Source: Hemiscyllium ocellatum (lineage: Eukaryota). From it: 64,000 nucleotides of DNA. The DNA is taken from positions 124,001 through 188,000 of the forward strand of contig NW_026867444.1 of assembly GCF_020745735.1 (NCBI RefSeq), given 5' to 3'. Made by a program: the position numbers and the translations under genes. Shown here piece after piece: positions 1-12,459 of the stretch. The stretch's first letter is position 1. The number at the start of each line of letters is the position of its first letter. Under the pieces are notes generated by a model. That model saw only the letters and a list, made by a program, of their open reading frames with translations, ran no database searches and was not told the DNA's origin.

Positions 1-152
1 AATTTGATGACGATTAGTTTGGGACACTTGATGTTGTTGTGAACGTACTGTTCACTGCAAACAATTAAACACAACCCAGAACAGCCATGTGCTTTTCAGG
101 TAATAATGTAGATTCACAAGGAAGCACAACATTAAAACAATGGAATAATTTA

Positions 153-312
153 CAGAGGAACCTCGATTACCTGAGCGACATGGGTAAGGAGTGTTTTGTT
201 TGGATAATTGAATGCTGGGTAATACAGTTTAGCCAAGCATCGGGATCTTACGATCTACTTTGGATGATCCGAAATTCAGATAATCGAATGCCAGATAATC
301 GAGGCTCTTCTG
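153..312. mobile_element. Tc1/mariner(pogo)-type MITE
   Basis: 17-bp terminal inverted repeats CAGAGGAACCTCGATTA (153-169) and TAATCGAGGCTCTTCTG (296-312), 2 mismatches, preceded by TA; no coding capacity. Confidence 0.7.
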
Positions 313-710
313 CATGTAGATTAATCAAATATCCTATACATCAAAGAGATTTAATATTTTAAACAATAAAGTCTGATCATCTGCTTGGTCTTTCGCTGTT
401 CTCTATCAATTGAGGCCTTCAGGGCAATGAATAAAAGTTATTGACATGAGAATATGTGGAAGGGTTGATAATTCAGGAAATTAGTTGGTTCTCTATTGAT
501 TTAGACAAATAAAGAGGATCAGAATGGGAGCAATATGATATAATGTGCACACCACACCAAAAGGGTATTTCATCACAACCACGCCACTTATTTTAAGAGC
601 AGGAAAGGTCCGTCACTGACCAGATAGCAGTTGTGTAGCCTGAGACAGCAGATTGTGGGTTCAAATCCCACCAGAGATTTGAGCAGATCTCTCAGGCAGA
701 CATTTCACTC

Positions 711-930
711 CAGGTAGTTCTTCTATAACATAATGGTTGCATTGCTGTCCAACCCCCATGATATCGGAAAATCACATTTTAGAAACAGCACTTAAAGTCT
801 TCGCAATGTAATCAGGTTACAGCCAACACACGTTTTCAGAGTTTGTGCTTTAGAAACAATGTCCCCAATTTGTCGATTGTGTTATAGCAAATTTGTGTTA
901 ACGAAATACAAGTTATAGCAGAATGACCTG
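711..930. mobile_element. Tc1/mariner-type MITE inserted in a Deu-domain SINE remnant (SINE about 630-990)
   Basis: TIRs CAGGTAGTTCTTCTATAAC (711-) and GTTATAGCAGAATGACCTG (-930) followed by TA. Flanks rejoin into the SINE motif ggcagacatttcactc / tactgtactgagggtgtactgcact...tccttcagatgagacg. Confidence 0.6.
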
Positions 931-2065
931 TACTGTACTGAGGGTGTACTGCACTATTTTACTGATGGTGTCCTTCAGATGAGACGGATGCAGAAGACCT
1001 CAGCATTCTGGTCAATGTTTATTTCAACAGACTATCCTATTCAACAATTTGCTATTTTGATGAACCTAATATGCTCAAATTGTATTTTGTATTTGCTATT
1101 TCATAAACTACAAAGTGTTCACTGGTTGTAAGTCACATAAAGAAATTTCCATGATTGTAAACGGTGCCATTTAAAACAAGTTTTCTTTTCTTTTCTGAAG
1201 TTGCATAGATCAATACCAGACAACAGACACAGGCCCTGTTATACGATTACACACAACACTGTGATATTGTTACACACCACCGAGCTGAAGTGTTCTGCAA
1301 CTGATCAATCTCCAAGCTGTAGGGAACGGCTTCAACTTCGGCAGGAAAGGGAAGAAAATCCATCCAGTGATTCCCCTTTGCCAAGTGCACTCATGTGGGA
1401 TGGATCAGCCCTCTGATTCCTTCTCTAATTTGCCCGGCAACACATGATAAAGGTTCAGAAAAAGAAAGTGATTACTTGGCCAAATTCTCAGTCAGAATAG
1501 GGAGAACAGGGAAGAAAATTGAGAAAATAAATTTCCATTCCAAGAGAAAGAAATTGAGGTCAGGGTCAACACCTTACAGGAATAATCATCTTTCTACATT
1601 AAAAAGGTTATGATGGCACATTTCATTTTCTAGATACTTCTGGGTTCAGATACAGTCTGACATTTTCAAACACTAACCCTGCCAACTTGAAAACTTCAAA
1701 GATACTTCTAACACTACAAATGAGCCAGCACCTTAGGAACATCACCTCCACACACGCTCTCTGACTTGCTCCTTCATCACTGATAGCTCTATTTATTCTC
1801 AAATCACCTACCACCATTACAAGGCCCACTGCTGTTCAAAAAGGTGGCTCATGTTATCGGGATGATTGCCTGTTAAGTGAAACCGCGCCAAAACTGCACA
1901 TGTCTGAGAACTCTAAATACTGCAACAGAATGAGGAAACCAGTAGACTGCTGAGACTGAAATTTACATCAGTTGACAGGAAGAAACTGAAGAAAACCAGA
2001 GGCGAAACACCATCAGTACACTACAACCAAAAGATACTCCTCTCCAAACATTGCTGAAATTCTAC

Positions 2066-2334
2066 AGAGTTAAAAAACATACAATACCAGGTTATAGTCC
2101 AAAAGGTTTATTTGGAAGCACTAGTTTTCAGAGTGCTGCTCCTTCATCAGGTAGCTGTGGACCAGGATCATATGATCCTTTGTTTTATGATCCTGCTTGA
2201 CAACCACCTGATGAAGGAGAAGCACTCTGAAAGCTAGTACAGTACTTCCAAGTAAACCTGCTGGACTCCAACCTGGTGTTGTGTGATTTTTAACATTGTC
2301 CACCCCAGTGCAACACCAGCACCTCCACTATCGT
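2066..2334. mobile_element. Fold-back Penelope-tail mini-element, hammerhead family A (AGCU palindrome)
   Basis: Two inverted copies of the tail; 9-bp TSD AAATTCTAC at 2057-2065 and 2335-2343. Plus arm reads CTGATGA-A-GGAG-aagca-CTCT-GAAA-GCTA (2208-2236). Confidence 0.8.
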
Positions 2335-3059
2335 AAATTCTACTAGGTGCTCGGACAAAAACCACAACCCTTACTCAAGTCTAGGAACAAAGATGACATC
2401 TTTGGAAACTTCCAGAAATATCTGAAATAAACATCGCTTAAAAGAATCTTGATCTAACTTACACAAGAGTGTTGATTCAATGCAAAGTTAACAAATCTAG
2501 TTTGGGAATTGAAAAATGTCATGGAGAATTTTAAATTTCTTTCATCTGCTATGATTCCATTTTTACAAATAGTTATTCCCATCTATTTGAATAAACATTC
2601 AAACACATGGATGAAGATTCTAAAAGCACGCTGCCAGGGAGCCTCAATAAATGCTGAAACCCTCCATGAGAGCCCATGTAAATACCAAATACCAACACAT
2701 TCTCAGGGACATTTTTAAAATGCTGACACCCCAGCAACACTGAAAACATTCCAGAAAACAGACAGGAAATAATAAACTTCCCAAAACGTGTCCCATGAAT
2801 ACTAAAAACACCCATATGCCCCTGGCAATACCAACACTTTCCCAGGGTCACCACTTTGAAAACTCTGCCATCGCTTATGTAAGAACACCTGTCTTCCCCA
2901 CCCGTTCTGGTCTCCATATGTCTCCAAGCCCACAGCAACATGGTTGGCTCTTCAGTCTGAAGTAGCCAAGTAAGCCACCTAGTTCTTCCATAAACTGCTG
3001 GGGAAGGTAAGTAATAAAACCAAACACACCATGTGATAACAATCAAGGAACCAGAAATA

Positions 3060-4480
3060 ACAGCAATATATCCAGCCCTGATGACTCTGCAAAGTTCTCC
3101 TTACTCATAGTCAGGGATTGTGTCTAATTGCCCCACAGAACACTTAAGTTTCAGCCTGACATAGTCACACCCAATTTGTAGCCAATGTTGCACACTCCTC
3201 CTTAGCAGGATAGACTCAGCAGAGGTAGTGGCAGTATCATACAATTGGGAGTGAGTTGCTCTGGGAGACTTCAATATTGACTTCAGATTCCATAAGGTCT
3301 GAGGGCATCTGGTCAACCATGGACAACTTCCTGCTGATTCCCGCCACCCCCTAACTGGTGAATCAGTATTCCATGTTGAATGTCACTTTGAGGAAGTAGT
3401 GAGGGTGACAAGGGCTCAGAATGTGCTCTAAGTACATGACTTCAATTTTCATCACCAAACATACATTCACAGCAGCACTAATGGCCAGGATGGTGAAATC
3501 CTAAAAGGTAAATTTGGTAGACTTGGCCTGCAGCAGGTAGGAACAAAACCAATGGGGAAAATAACCAACTTAACTCCACCCTCCTCTGATACTTATGAAG
3601 GGATAAGAGGACACTGCAATTACAATAAGACTTGAAAACATATTAACTATACGATTGGTGGCTTGTGCTCCAGAACGAGTCATATCTCTTGACAATCTGT
3701 TTAAATGCAGCAACAACACTGACAACTACTAACAATGTGTAAGTTTGCCCAGGTAAATCCTGCCCTCAAAATGGAGGAATGTCCAAACTATTCAAATGTT
3801 GCTCCATCTGTCTCTGCTTAATCTTCAGCAAAATGGTTGATCATCATTAACAATGCAATGAAGAAATACATTCCCCAATAAAACGCTGACTGATGCCCAG
3901 TTTGGCTTCTGTCAGGACCATTCAGCTCCAATCCTCATTACATCCAATAATTGGGCTGACATTAAGGGAGCTTTTGGTGAAATATGGTATCAAGGAGTGT
4001 TAGAAAAATTGAAACCAATGGAATCAGGAAATAGTTGTGTCTGTTGCAGGTTCAAACACCTCAGTCCCAGGGCATTGTCCAAGATCCAATAATCTTCAGA
4101 GTCATTTTCTCCATAAGGTCAGAAATGAGGATGCTTCATGACTCACACTGTTGAATCCCATTCATAATTCCTCAGCTGTATTCCGAGTCACTATCATGAA
4201 AACCTGAACAACATTCGAGAAGTCTTGGGCTGATAGGTTGGAAATAACATTGGTGACAAACAGTGCCAGACAATGACCAAAACATAGGATACAGTCATCT
4301 CCCCTCATCATTCACGACATTACCATCATTGAATCCCACTAACAGTATCCTGGAGGATGTCACCATTTACCAGAAATGGAACTGGATTAGCCAAATAAAC
4401 AAGGTTTACAGGATAACATCAGAGGCTGGGAACTCTGTGCGAAGTAATTTACCTCCTGACTCGGCAAAGTCTGATGCAAC
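3060..4480 (+). mobile_element. Decayed LINE (CR1/L2 group), endonuclease, RT and 3' remnants
   Basis: Degenerate EN segment similar to 14380-14520 and 43640-44250; RT-like segments (gcccagtttggcttctgtcaggaccattcagctcc; ggagcttttggtgaaatatggtatcaaggag); many stops. Confidence 0.6.
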
Positions 4481-5032
4481 AAGTACAAGTCAAGATGCTT
4501 CAGAAGGGATTAACTCTGCTTTCTCTCCACAGATGCTGCCAGACCTGCTAGAGTTTAAGAAATTTCTGTTTTGTTTACACATCAGGATGTCTGGATGAAT
4601 GCAGCTTGGGGAAGAAGGCACTGAGTACAGTAAATCCCTCTGCCACACTGACAACTCAATGCTCTTCCAATTACATAGCCCTTCTTTGAGGTTTTCCCCT
4701 GTTGGGTTGAAAACTGAAAAAAATAGTTTTTCTATTAATACTTTCCTCTCACTGAGAAAGCTTCAGTCCAACCCACATCCTACAATCTGCTCACATTTTG
4801 ATAATGTGCAACGCAGTTGCTGAAAACTTCCACAACAAAAGTAAAACACACAATATTCTTAAAAATCAAATTGATTATTTTCCATGTTGACAGATCCATT
4901 AAAATTCCAGATACAAGTTCAGATCATTGCCAAAACGTCCTGTCCTTCCTTGGACCAAAATATATTGTCTACTACATTTTGTTGAAACAAATGTGATTGC
5001 TTTTGAGATGTATTGCCTGCAGAAAAACAGGA

Positions 5033-6605
5033 TTTTTAAAAATTTCAAAATATACATTATTCATAGAAATAAATCTTTGGTACCTGTACAATTTGTCATG
5101 TCGTTCATAGATATATACATTGCACGTCCTAACATTACAAAGAACAGATTGAATTAATCGAATTTACAGTTAACCTATTTACAATTCCCTTTATTAACCA
5201 TCCAGTCTCTTATTATTTAGATACGGCTTCAGCGGAACCCACCTAGTGAGTGGGTGCCCTGTTATACGATAACAAAGGAAACTTCTTTAATCCCCAGTTT
5301 ATGAGGTTACCATTGTCCATTTGACTGTCCTGTCTCTGGGGTAGCTGTCTGCATCCCCATGGTGAGCAGGAACTGCTGGACCTTCGCTGGGCTGAGGTCG
5401 CTATCCAGCTCCTCACTGGGGTCATTTACCCGCTCTGGTGTCATTGAGCCAAGGCAAGGGTCCTCACCATCCAGTTCTGTGTCTGACAATGGCACTGTCA
5501 GAGGATCACAGCTTTCAGTTACCTGGAGTTGTGGGGCAGTGGGTACCCCCTGGTTCTCACTAGGTGGAGGGTGGACTTCAGGGTTCCGTTGTTTCCTGGT
5601 TGGGAGGAAATGCCCTCCTCTTTATCTACGGCGCTTTGTCTCTTCTTCTGGTGGTGATGACCTTCTTTGCGCTCGTCTTCCCCATCCGAAGAGCTGGCCA
5701 TCTCTCCCTCGTGCAGTTGCCTTTTCCCCCTTTGCTGGGAGGCTTTGGGGGCCTGGCAGGATTTTCTCTTCCTGTTTTTAACAGGTATCTGCTCCTCTGC
5801 CTTCTCGATTACCTCCTCCATTGCTTCCATCTGCCCAGCTCGAGCTAGGATCAGCTGCTGTGTCTCTTTGCTGGCTGCTGCCTCCTCCACTCCAGCCTGT
5901 TCTTCTTTCTGGGTACCACCAGTCTCCGTTTCCCTGTTGTCTGGGTGGACCTTGCTGGTCTTTGGGAATCCATGACTCACATTGCCACCTCCAGCCATCT
6001 GTGCGTAAGTGGGCCCCCCGCCTCCCCCGTCTTGGGCAGGTCTTGTACATGTGGCCTGCCTCTCCGCACTGGTTGCAGCTCTTTGCTTCCTGACAGTCCT
6101 TAGTCAGGTGAGCCTCCTGTTTGCAATTCCTGCAGATGGTCACCTTACAATCCGCCACCATGTGTCCCGCCTTCCCACAGGATCGGCACCCTTTTGGCTG
6201 CCCTGCATATGTCAGGTAACCTCTGCTCCCTCCAATTGTGAAGCTCGAGGGTGGGTGGAGAGTTTCCCCGTAACCATCGACCCTCAGAGTTACCCTGACC
6301 TGCCGCTTACTAGTCCAGATCCCAAAGGGGTCAATCACATCGGTGGCTTCTCCCTCAACTTGGATCTACCTTCCCAGGAAGGTCAGGACATCAGCCGCTG
6401 GAACATAGGGGTTGTACATATGGATTGTAACAACCCGACTCCTCTGTGCAGGAAGCACACACAATGGGATCGCCGACAAGATGGAGAATAGTGGCTCCCC
6501 CTCCTTCTTCTTGAAGACCTTCAGGAGCTGCTCGCACTGCTTCACACTTCTGAAGGTCACATCAAAGTAGCCTGCCCCAGGAAAATCCTGCAGGCAGTAC
6601 ACATC
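5033..6605 (-). mobile_element. ORF1-only (ORF2-less) Tx1-type element, 5'-truncated
   Basis: ORFs 6366-6602 and 5778-6338 give the Tx1 ORF1p RRM-like region and three CCHC knuckles (CRSCGKAGHMVADC, CRNCKQEAHLTKDC, CNQCGEAGHMYKTC). Homology to the neighbouring element stops at the ORF1 end (about 5305). The terminus at 5033-5110 resembles the 3' end at 6606-6700. Confidence 0.8.
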
Positions 6606-6827
6606 TTTTCTTTTATTTCAAAAATATACTTTATTTGTAAAATATTCATAAAATAATTTGATGAACTGTACATTTGGTAATGCCATACATATGTCAACAT
6701 TTACATACACTGTTCAGAATTATCGTTATTGTATACAGGTCTGTGCATTTCTCACTCATATGCCCATATATTGAGCTGAGGCGTCAGCAGAGCCCAAATG
6801 ACTGCATGTTCTTCAGACAGGCAGATG

Positions 6828-9800
6828 TTACACGGTGGTCTTTCCCCACTGCGCCTTGGCAGCAGCTGCCCCAAGCTTCAGCGCGTCCCTCAACACATAG
6901 TCCTGGACCTTGGAATGTGCCAGTCTGCAACACTCAGTCGGGGTCAACTCCTTCAGCTGGAAGATCAACAGGTTTCGGACCACCCAGAGAGCGTCCTTCA
7001 CCGAGTTGATGATCCTCCAGGCACAGTTGATGTTCGTCTCGGTGTGCATCCCGGGGAACAGGCCGTAGAGCACGGAGTCCCGCGTCACGGCGCTGCTCAG
7101 GTTGAACCTTGACAAATACCACTGTATTCCTCTCCAGACTTCCTCTGCATAGGCACATTCCAGAAGGAGGTGTGTGACAGTCTCGTCCCCCCCCACAGCC
7201 GCTTCGAGGGCAGCGTGCGGTGTAGCAGAGAGTCCGGGCGTGCATAAATGATCTCACAGGCAGAGCCCTTCACACCACCAGCCAAGCCATGTCTTGGTGC
7301 TTGTTGGAAAGTTCTGGCAATGAGGCATTTTGCCAAATGGCTTTGACAGTCTGCTCAGGGAACCACTCAACAGGTTCTGCCCTCTCCTTTTCCCGAAGGA
7401 TCTCAAGGACGCTACGTGCTGACCACTTCCTGATGGACTTGTGGTCAAAGGTGTTTTTCTTCAAAACTTTCTCCACGAAGGACAGGTGGTATGGAACGGT
7501 CCAACTACTCGGAGCATTCCGCGATAGCGAGGCCAGGCCCATCCTTCACAACACCGGGGACAGGTAGAACCTCAGTACGTAGTGACACTTGGTGTTTGCG
7601 TACTGGGGATCCACGCACAGCTTGATGCAGCCACACACAAAGGTGACCATCAGGATGAGGGTGGCATTGGGAGTGTTTTTTCCCCCATTGCACTGGTCTT
7701 TGTACATTGTGTCTCTTCGGACCCGGTCCATCTTTGATCTCCACATGAAGTGGAAGATGGCCCGGGTGACTGCGGCAGCACAGGTTCTGGGGATAGGCCA
7801 GACCTGTGCCACATATAACAATACTGAGAGTACCTCACACCTGATGACCTGGAGAGCGACCATTGCTCCCATCTGCCTAGTTTCTGTCTCATCTTCCTGA
7901 TCCACTCGTCCCAGGTCTTGGCGCACGCCCCAGCCCACCCGAACCAAATACCCAGCACCTTCAGGTGGTCAGTCCTGATGGTGAAGGGGATATAGGATTG
8001 GTCAGTCCAGTTCCCGAAGAGCATGGCCTCGCTCTTGTCTCGGTTTATCTTGGCCCCCGAGGCCCGTTCAAACTGGTCACAGATGCACATGAGTCTGCGC
8101 ACGGACAGCGGATCCGAGCAGAAAACGGCTCCGTCATCCATGCACAGGGAGGCCTTAACCTGCAGGCCCCCGCTGCCAGGAATAGTCACCCCTCTCAGGC
8201 TCGCATCCTTCCTGATGGATTTGGCAAACGGCTCTATGCAACACACAAACAAGGCAGGAGAGAGAGAGAGGGCAGCCCTGCCTAACTCCAGATCTAACTG
8301 GGAAGCTATTTGATTCCTACCCATTGATTGAGACTGCACTGACAATGTTGGTGTAGAGCAGTCTGATCCAATTTCCGATTCCCTCCCAAAGCCCATTTTG
8401 GAGAGGACATCCGTCATATATGTACGCGATATCCGGTCGAAAGCTTTCTCCTGGTCCAGGCTGATGAGGCAGGTGTCCACCCCGCTGTCCTGCACGTAGG
8501 CGATCGTATCCCTGAGGAGTGCAAGACTCTCAGAGATCTTCCTGCCCAGTACAGCACAGGTTGGTCAGTGTGGATCACCGCTTCCAGAACAGACTTGACC
8601 CGGTTGGCGATGACCTTTGACAAGATTTTGCAGTCTGTGTTTAACAGTGACATTGGTCTCCAATTTCTAATTTCGTCCCTCTCCCCCTTCTGCTTGTAGA
8701 TGAGGGTGATGATGCCTTTCCTCATGGATTCACTCATGGTACCTGCCCGAAGCATACTGACATACACCTCCAGCAGGTGCCGGCCAATCAAGTCCCAAAG
8801 AGCGGAATAGATCTCGACTGGTAAGCCGTCACTTCCGGGAGTTTTATTCTTTTCGAAGGACTCGAGGGCCCTGGTCAGCTCATCCAGAGATAGCGGCTGG
8901 TCCAGCCTCTCTCGTGTTCCGTCATCTCGGACCTTTGTGATAGAGGACAGGAACGACTGGGAGGCCACGCTGTCGGTTGGCTTCGCATCATACAGGCTGG
9001 CATAGAAGGATTTGCTGATCCTCATGACGTCAGCCTGAGATGACGTTACCGAGCCATCTTCTTCCTTCAGGCTGCTGAGCACGGAGCTGTCTTTGTGCAC
9101 CTTCTGGAAGAAGAAACGTGAGCACGTCTCGTCCTGTTTCACCAAGCGGACCCTGGACCAGAAGATTATCTTGGAAGCCTCCGAGGCAAAGAGCGAGGCT
9201 TGCTGGCCCTTCATCTCCTTGAGGTCCTCTGTGACATCGACCCCCATCGTCTGCAGCAGGAGTAGGTTCTGCATACTTTTCTGGAGCTGGGACAGTTTTC
9301 GCTGCCTCTCTCTCGCCTCCTGAACACCTTTGAGGATGAAGAACATCTTGATGTTCCCTTTTACTGTTTCCCACCAGTCCGCTGGAGACTCAAAGAGGGG
9401 CTTCATGGTTCTCCAACCTGCATAGTCCCTCTTCAGCTCCTCAATGTTTCCCAGGGTCAACAGCTTTGTGTTCAGCTTCCACGTTCCCTTGCCCGCCCGC
9501 TGCTCGTCCTGTAGGTGACAGTCAGCCAGCAGGAGGCAGTGGTCAGAGAAGAACACCGGCTTGACGTCGGTGGTTCTGACCGAGAACGTTCGGGACACAA
9601 ACAGGTAATCTATCCTTGAGCGGATAGACCCGTCTGCTCGTGACCAGGTATATCTACGCTGTGCTCCGTCTGCAGGGGTGCTGAAGACGTCGTGCAGCTT
9701 TTCATCTTTTACCGTGTCCATCAGGGCTCTGGACGTGGCGTCCAGTTTACTGTCCCCCCCGCTGGATCGTCCATCTGCATCAATGATACAGTTGAAGTCT

Positions 9801-10222
9801 CCGGTCGGAATGACCGGCCTGGACGTAGTCAGTAACAGTGGAAGCTGCTGCAGGACGGCCAACTGTTCACTCTTACCTGCTGAGGCATACATGTTGATTA
9901 GTCTTACGGGAGCGTTTCTGTGTTTAACATCCGTGACGAGGAGACGCCCGCCCACCACCTCCTTAACCTTGGAGATGGTGAAGTTGCCTCCCCGCAACAG
10001 GATCCCTAGGCCTGAGGAGCGGTTATCGTTGCCCCCCGACCAAACTGATGGCCCATGGGCCCACATGCTCGACCACCTCCTGTAGCTGCTGAGGTGGGGT
10101 ATCCCACACTCCTGCAGAAACAGGACGTCAGCTATGACGCTGGCCAGGAAGGCCATCGTTGAACCGCATCGCATAGATGATTTGATGCTACGCACATTGA
10201 TGCTGGCAATTTTAAACCCCAT
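6828..10222 (-). pseudogene. Tx1 ORF2: APE endonuclease, reverse transcriptase and C-terminal zinc-binding region, broken by frameshifts
   Basis: 8414-10222 has EN motifs (SINVRS, LQEC, GDFN, SRIDY, SDH) and the RT start (TPGSDGL, NWRPMSLLNTDCKILSK). 7650-8495 has SLDQEKAFDR and CMDDG (YMDD-equivalent). 6828-7196 has ETVTHLLLEC ending QWGKTTV*. Confidence 0.92.
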
Positions 10223-10223
10223 T

Positions 10224-11692
10224 TTAACAGTTTACAGGTTTACCGGTGTCCATTTGCTGCTGGTCTTGCCCCTCTGGCGTAGCTGTGTGCATTCCCGTTG
10301 TGGCGGCGAACTGTTGGACCTTCCCAGGACTGAGGTGGCTGTCCAGCTCCGCGCTGGGGCCATTACCCCACACTGTTGTCTTCGTGTCGGGCCCATGGTC
10401 CGCACTGACCAGTTCGCCGTCTGACAGCAGGGCTGTCATAGGACCGCTGCTCCCAGATACCTGGAGCTGTGGGCCGGTGGGTACCTCCTGGTTCTCACTG
10501 GGTAGGGGGAGGCTTTTACCCGTCCCCTCGGAGGGATCATCCTTTCCTTCTTGGGCGGTGCTGCTCTCCTTTCTCCCCACGGCGCTCTATCTCTTCCTCT
10601 AATGACGACACTTCTTGCGCCCGTCCTCACCATCGGAAGAGCTGCCTGCGTCTTCGACTTGTAGGTGTCGCTTCCCCCTTCGCTGGGTGGCTTTGGGGCC
10701 CCCGAGAGGTTTTCTCTTCCTGTTTTTGACTGTGATCCAGTCCTCTGCCTCCTTTGATTCCTCCTCTTCCATTTCCTCCATCTGCCTTGAAGGAGCTTGG
10801 ATCGGCTGCTGCACCTCCCCACTGTCTGCCGTCTACTCCGCTAACGCCTGCCCTTCCTTCTGGGTGCCTCCAGGCACCGTTTCCGTGCTATTTTCTGGTG
10901 CCTTGCTGGTCTTTGTCGGTCCACGGCTCGTATTCGTGTTGCCACCTCCGACCATCTGTGCGTAGTTGGCGGCTCCTCGTCTTGGGCAGGCCTTGTACAT
11001 GTGGCCCGCCTCTCCGCACAGGTTACAGTTCTTGGCCTCCTTACAATCCTTGGTCGGGTGGCCTTCCTGTTTGCAGTTTTGGCATACGGTCACCTTACAG
11101 TCGGCGCCATGTGGCCTGACCTCCCGCAGGTTCGGCATACCTTCGGCTGCCCTGCGTACGTCAAGTAACCTCTGTTTCCTCCGATGGCAAAGCTGGAGGG
11201 TGAGTGGAGGATGTTCCCGCTGGCATCGACCCTCAGGGTTACATTGACCTGTCTTTTGCTGGCCCAGATCCCAAAAGGATCAACCACATCGATGCTCTCT
11301 CCTTCGACGTGGATATATCTTTTCAAGAAGGTGAGAACATCTGCCGCTGGGACGTAAGGCTTGCACATTTGGATTGTAACAACCCAACTCCTCTGCACAG
11401 AAAGAACATACACAACGGGACTACTGACAAGGTGGAGAACAGAGGTTCCACCTTCCTTCTCTTCAAAGACCTTCAAGAACTGCTCACAACGCTTTACACT
11501 CCTGAAGGTCGCATCAAAGTAACCAGCCCCAGGGAAACCCTACAGGCAGTACACACTACTCAAAACCCACACCAACACTTTTCTCACAAATACTGTCCGA
11601 TCGACCCGTGTGTGCTCCTCCACCTTCTTCACAGTCACCCTGACTGTGTTTCGAACCTCCTGTCCAGGGCTGTGAGTGGCTGCTGAGGCCAT
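10224..11692 (-). pseudogene. Tx1 ORF1p (gag-like CCHC zinc-knuckle protein, ZCCHC3-like), frameshifted
   Basis: MASAATHSPGQEVRNTVRVTV... continuing across ORFs 11540-11794, 11090-11476, 10833-11138, 10436-10822 and 10224-10580; knuckles CQNCKQEGHPTKDC and CNLCGEAGHMYKAC. Confidence 0.88.
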
Positions 11693-12459
11693 GGTTCCAA
11701 GGTTGGCTGGTCCCTGAATTGGCGTTAGGCCGAAGCCAGCATGAAGATCCACCAAGAGCAGTTCAGCACAACCAAACAATCCTCCAATGTCCAATCACGA
11801 TCACGATCCAGCGATGATCTCTCCACTAGCTCTGATGACTCACAACTCGAGACCTGAACTAATAAAAACAGACATGGGAAAGGGCAATGGGACTTTGGAA
11901 TGAATATTGAGAGTGAGGAGATGAAGGGGAGAGTGGCCAGGACAGCTGTACTGAAGAATGGTTAGGTCACATCTGGAATATGGTGGATAGTTATGGCCTT
12001 CATTGAGGGGCAATGCAGAATGGACAGGGATAGGAGATCTAGGTTACAAGGAAATGCCAGAACAGGATCTCGAGGGGGGAGGGAGGGTATTTTGATAACA
12101 AAACTTCATTATGAAATTGACACAGTAAATGTAAATTTACTGTCAATACTGACAGACAGAAAGGCAAAATGACACATTCTCTGGTCATACACCAAGTACA
12201 GGAAGGAGATCAGGAAAAATATTTTGATGCAGAGATTGGAACTTAGTGAGTGCTGGTAAACTGGGTCCTCCATTCAAAATGGGACAGAATTACTTCTTGG
12301 AATTTGAACTGGTCTGAAGCAAAAGAGCAAATTATGACCAAATAGTCATTTGAGAATATTGAACTGGCCTGAAAAATGCCCAGTGTTTGGCAGCTTTTCA
12401 TTTTGCCCTCATCAGGATAATTGTAAAAGTACCAATCAAAGGAGAAAAACATGACATTG

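Larger units (their letters stand above)
6606..11863 (-). mobile_element. Near-full-length Tx1-clade non-LTR retrotransposon (frameshifted)
   Basis: 5' UTR, ORF1 (ATG 11692), ORF2 (10222 to 6828), 3' UTR with AATAAA and A-rich tail ending about 6606. Confidence 0.93.

Noticed and set aside
5007-5022. GATGTATTGCCTGCAG resembling the Tx1 junction sequence GATGTGTACTGCCTGCAG, suggesting a specific target site
   Set aside because: Opposite orientation relative to the element end, short and includes a palindrome; cannot be distinguished from coincidence.
6591-11555. 13-bp direct repeat CAGGCAGTACACA (6591-6603 and 11543-11555) as a TSD
   Set aside because: It is simply ORF1 homology between the two Tx1 copies; any truncation point would have a matching position in the full element.
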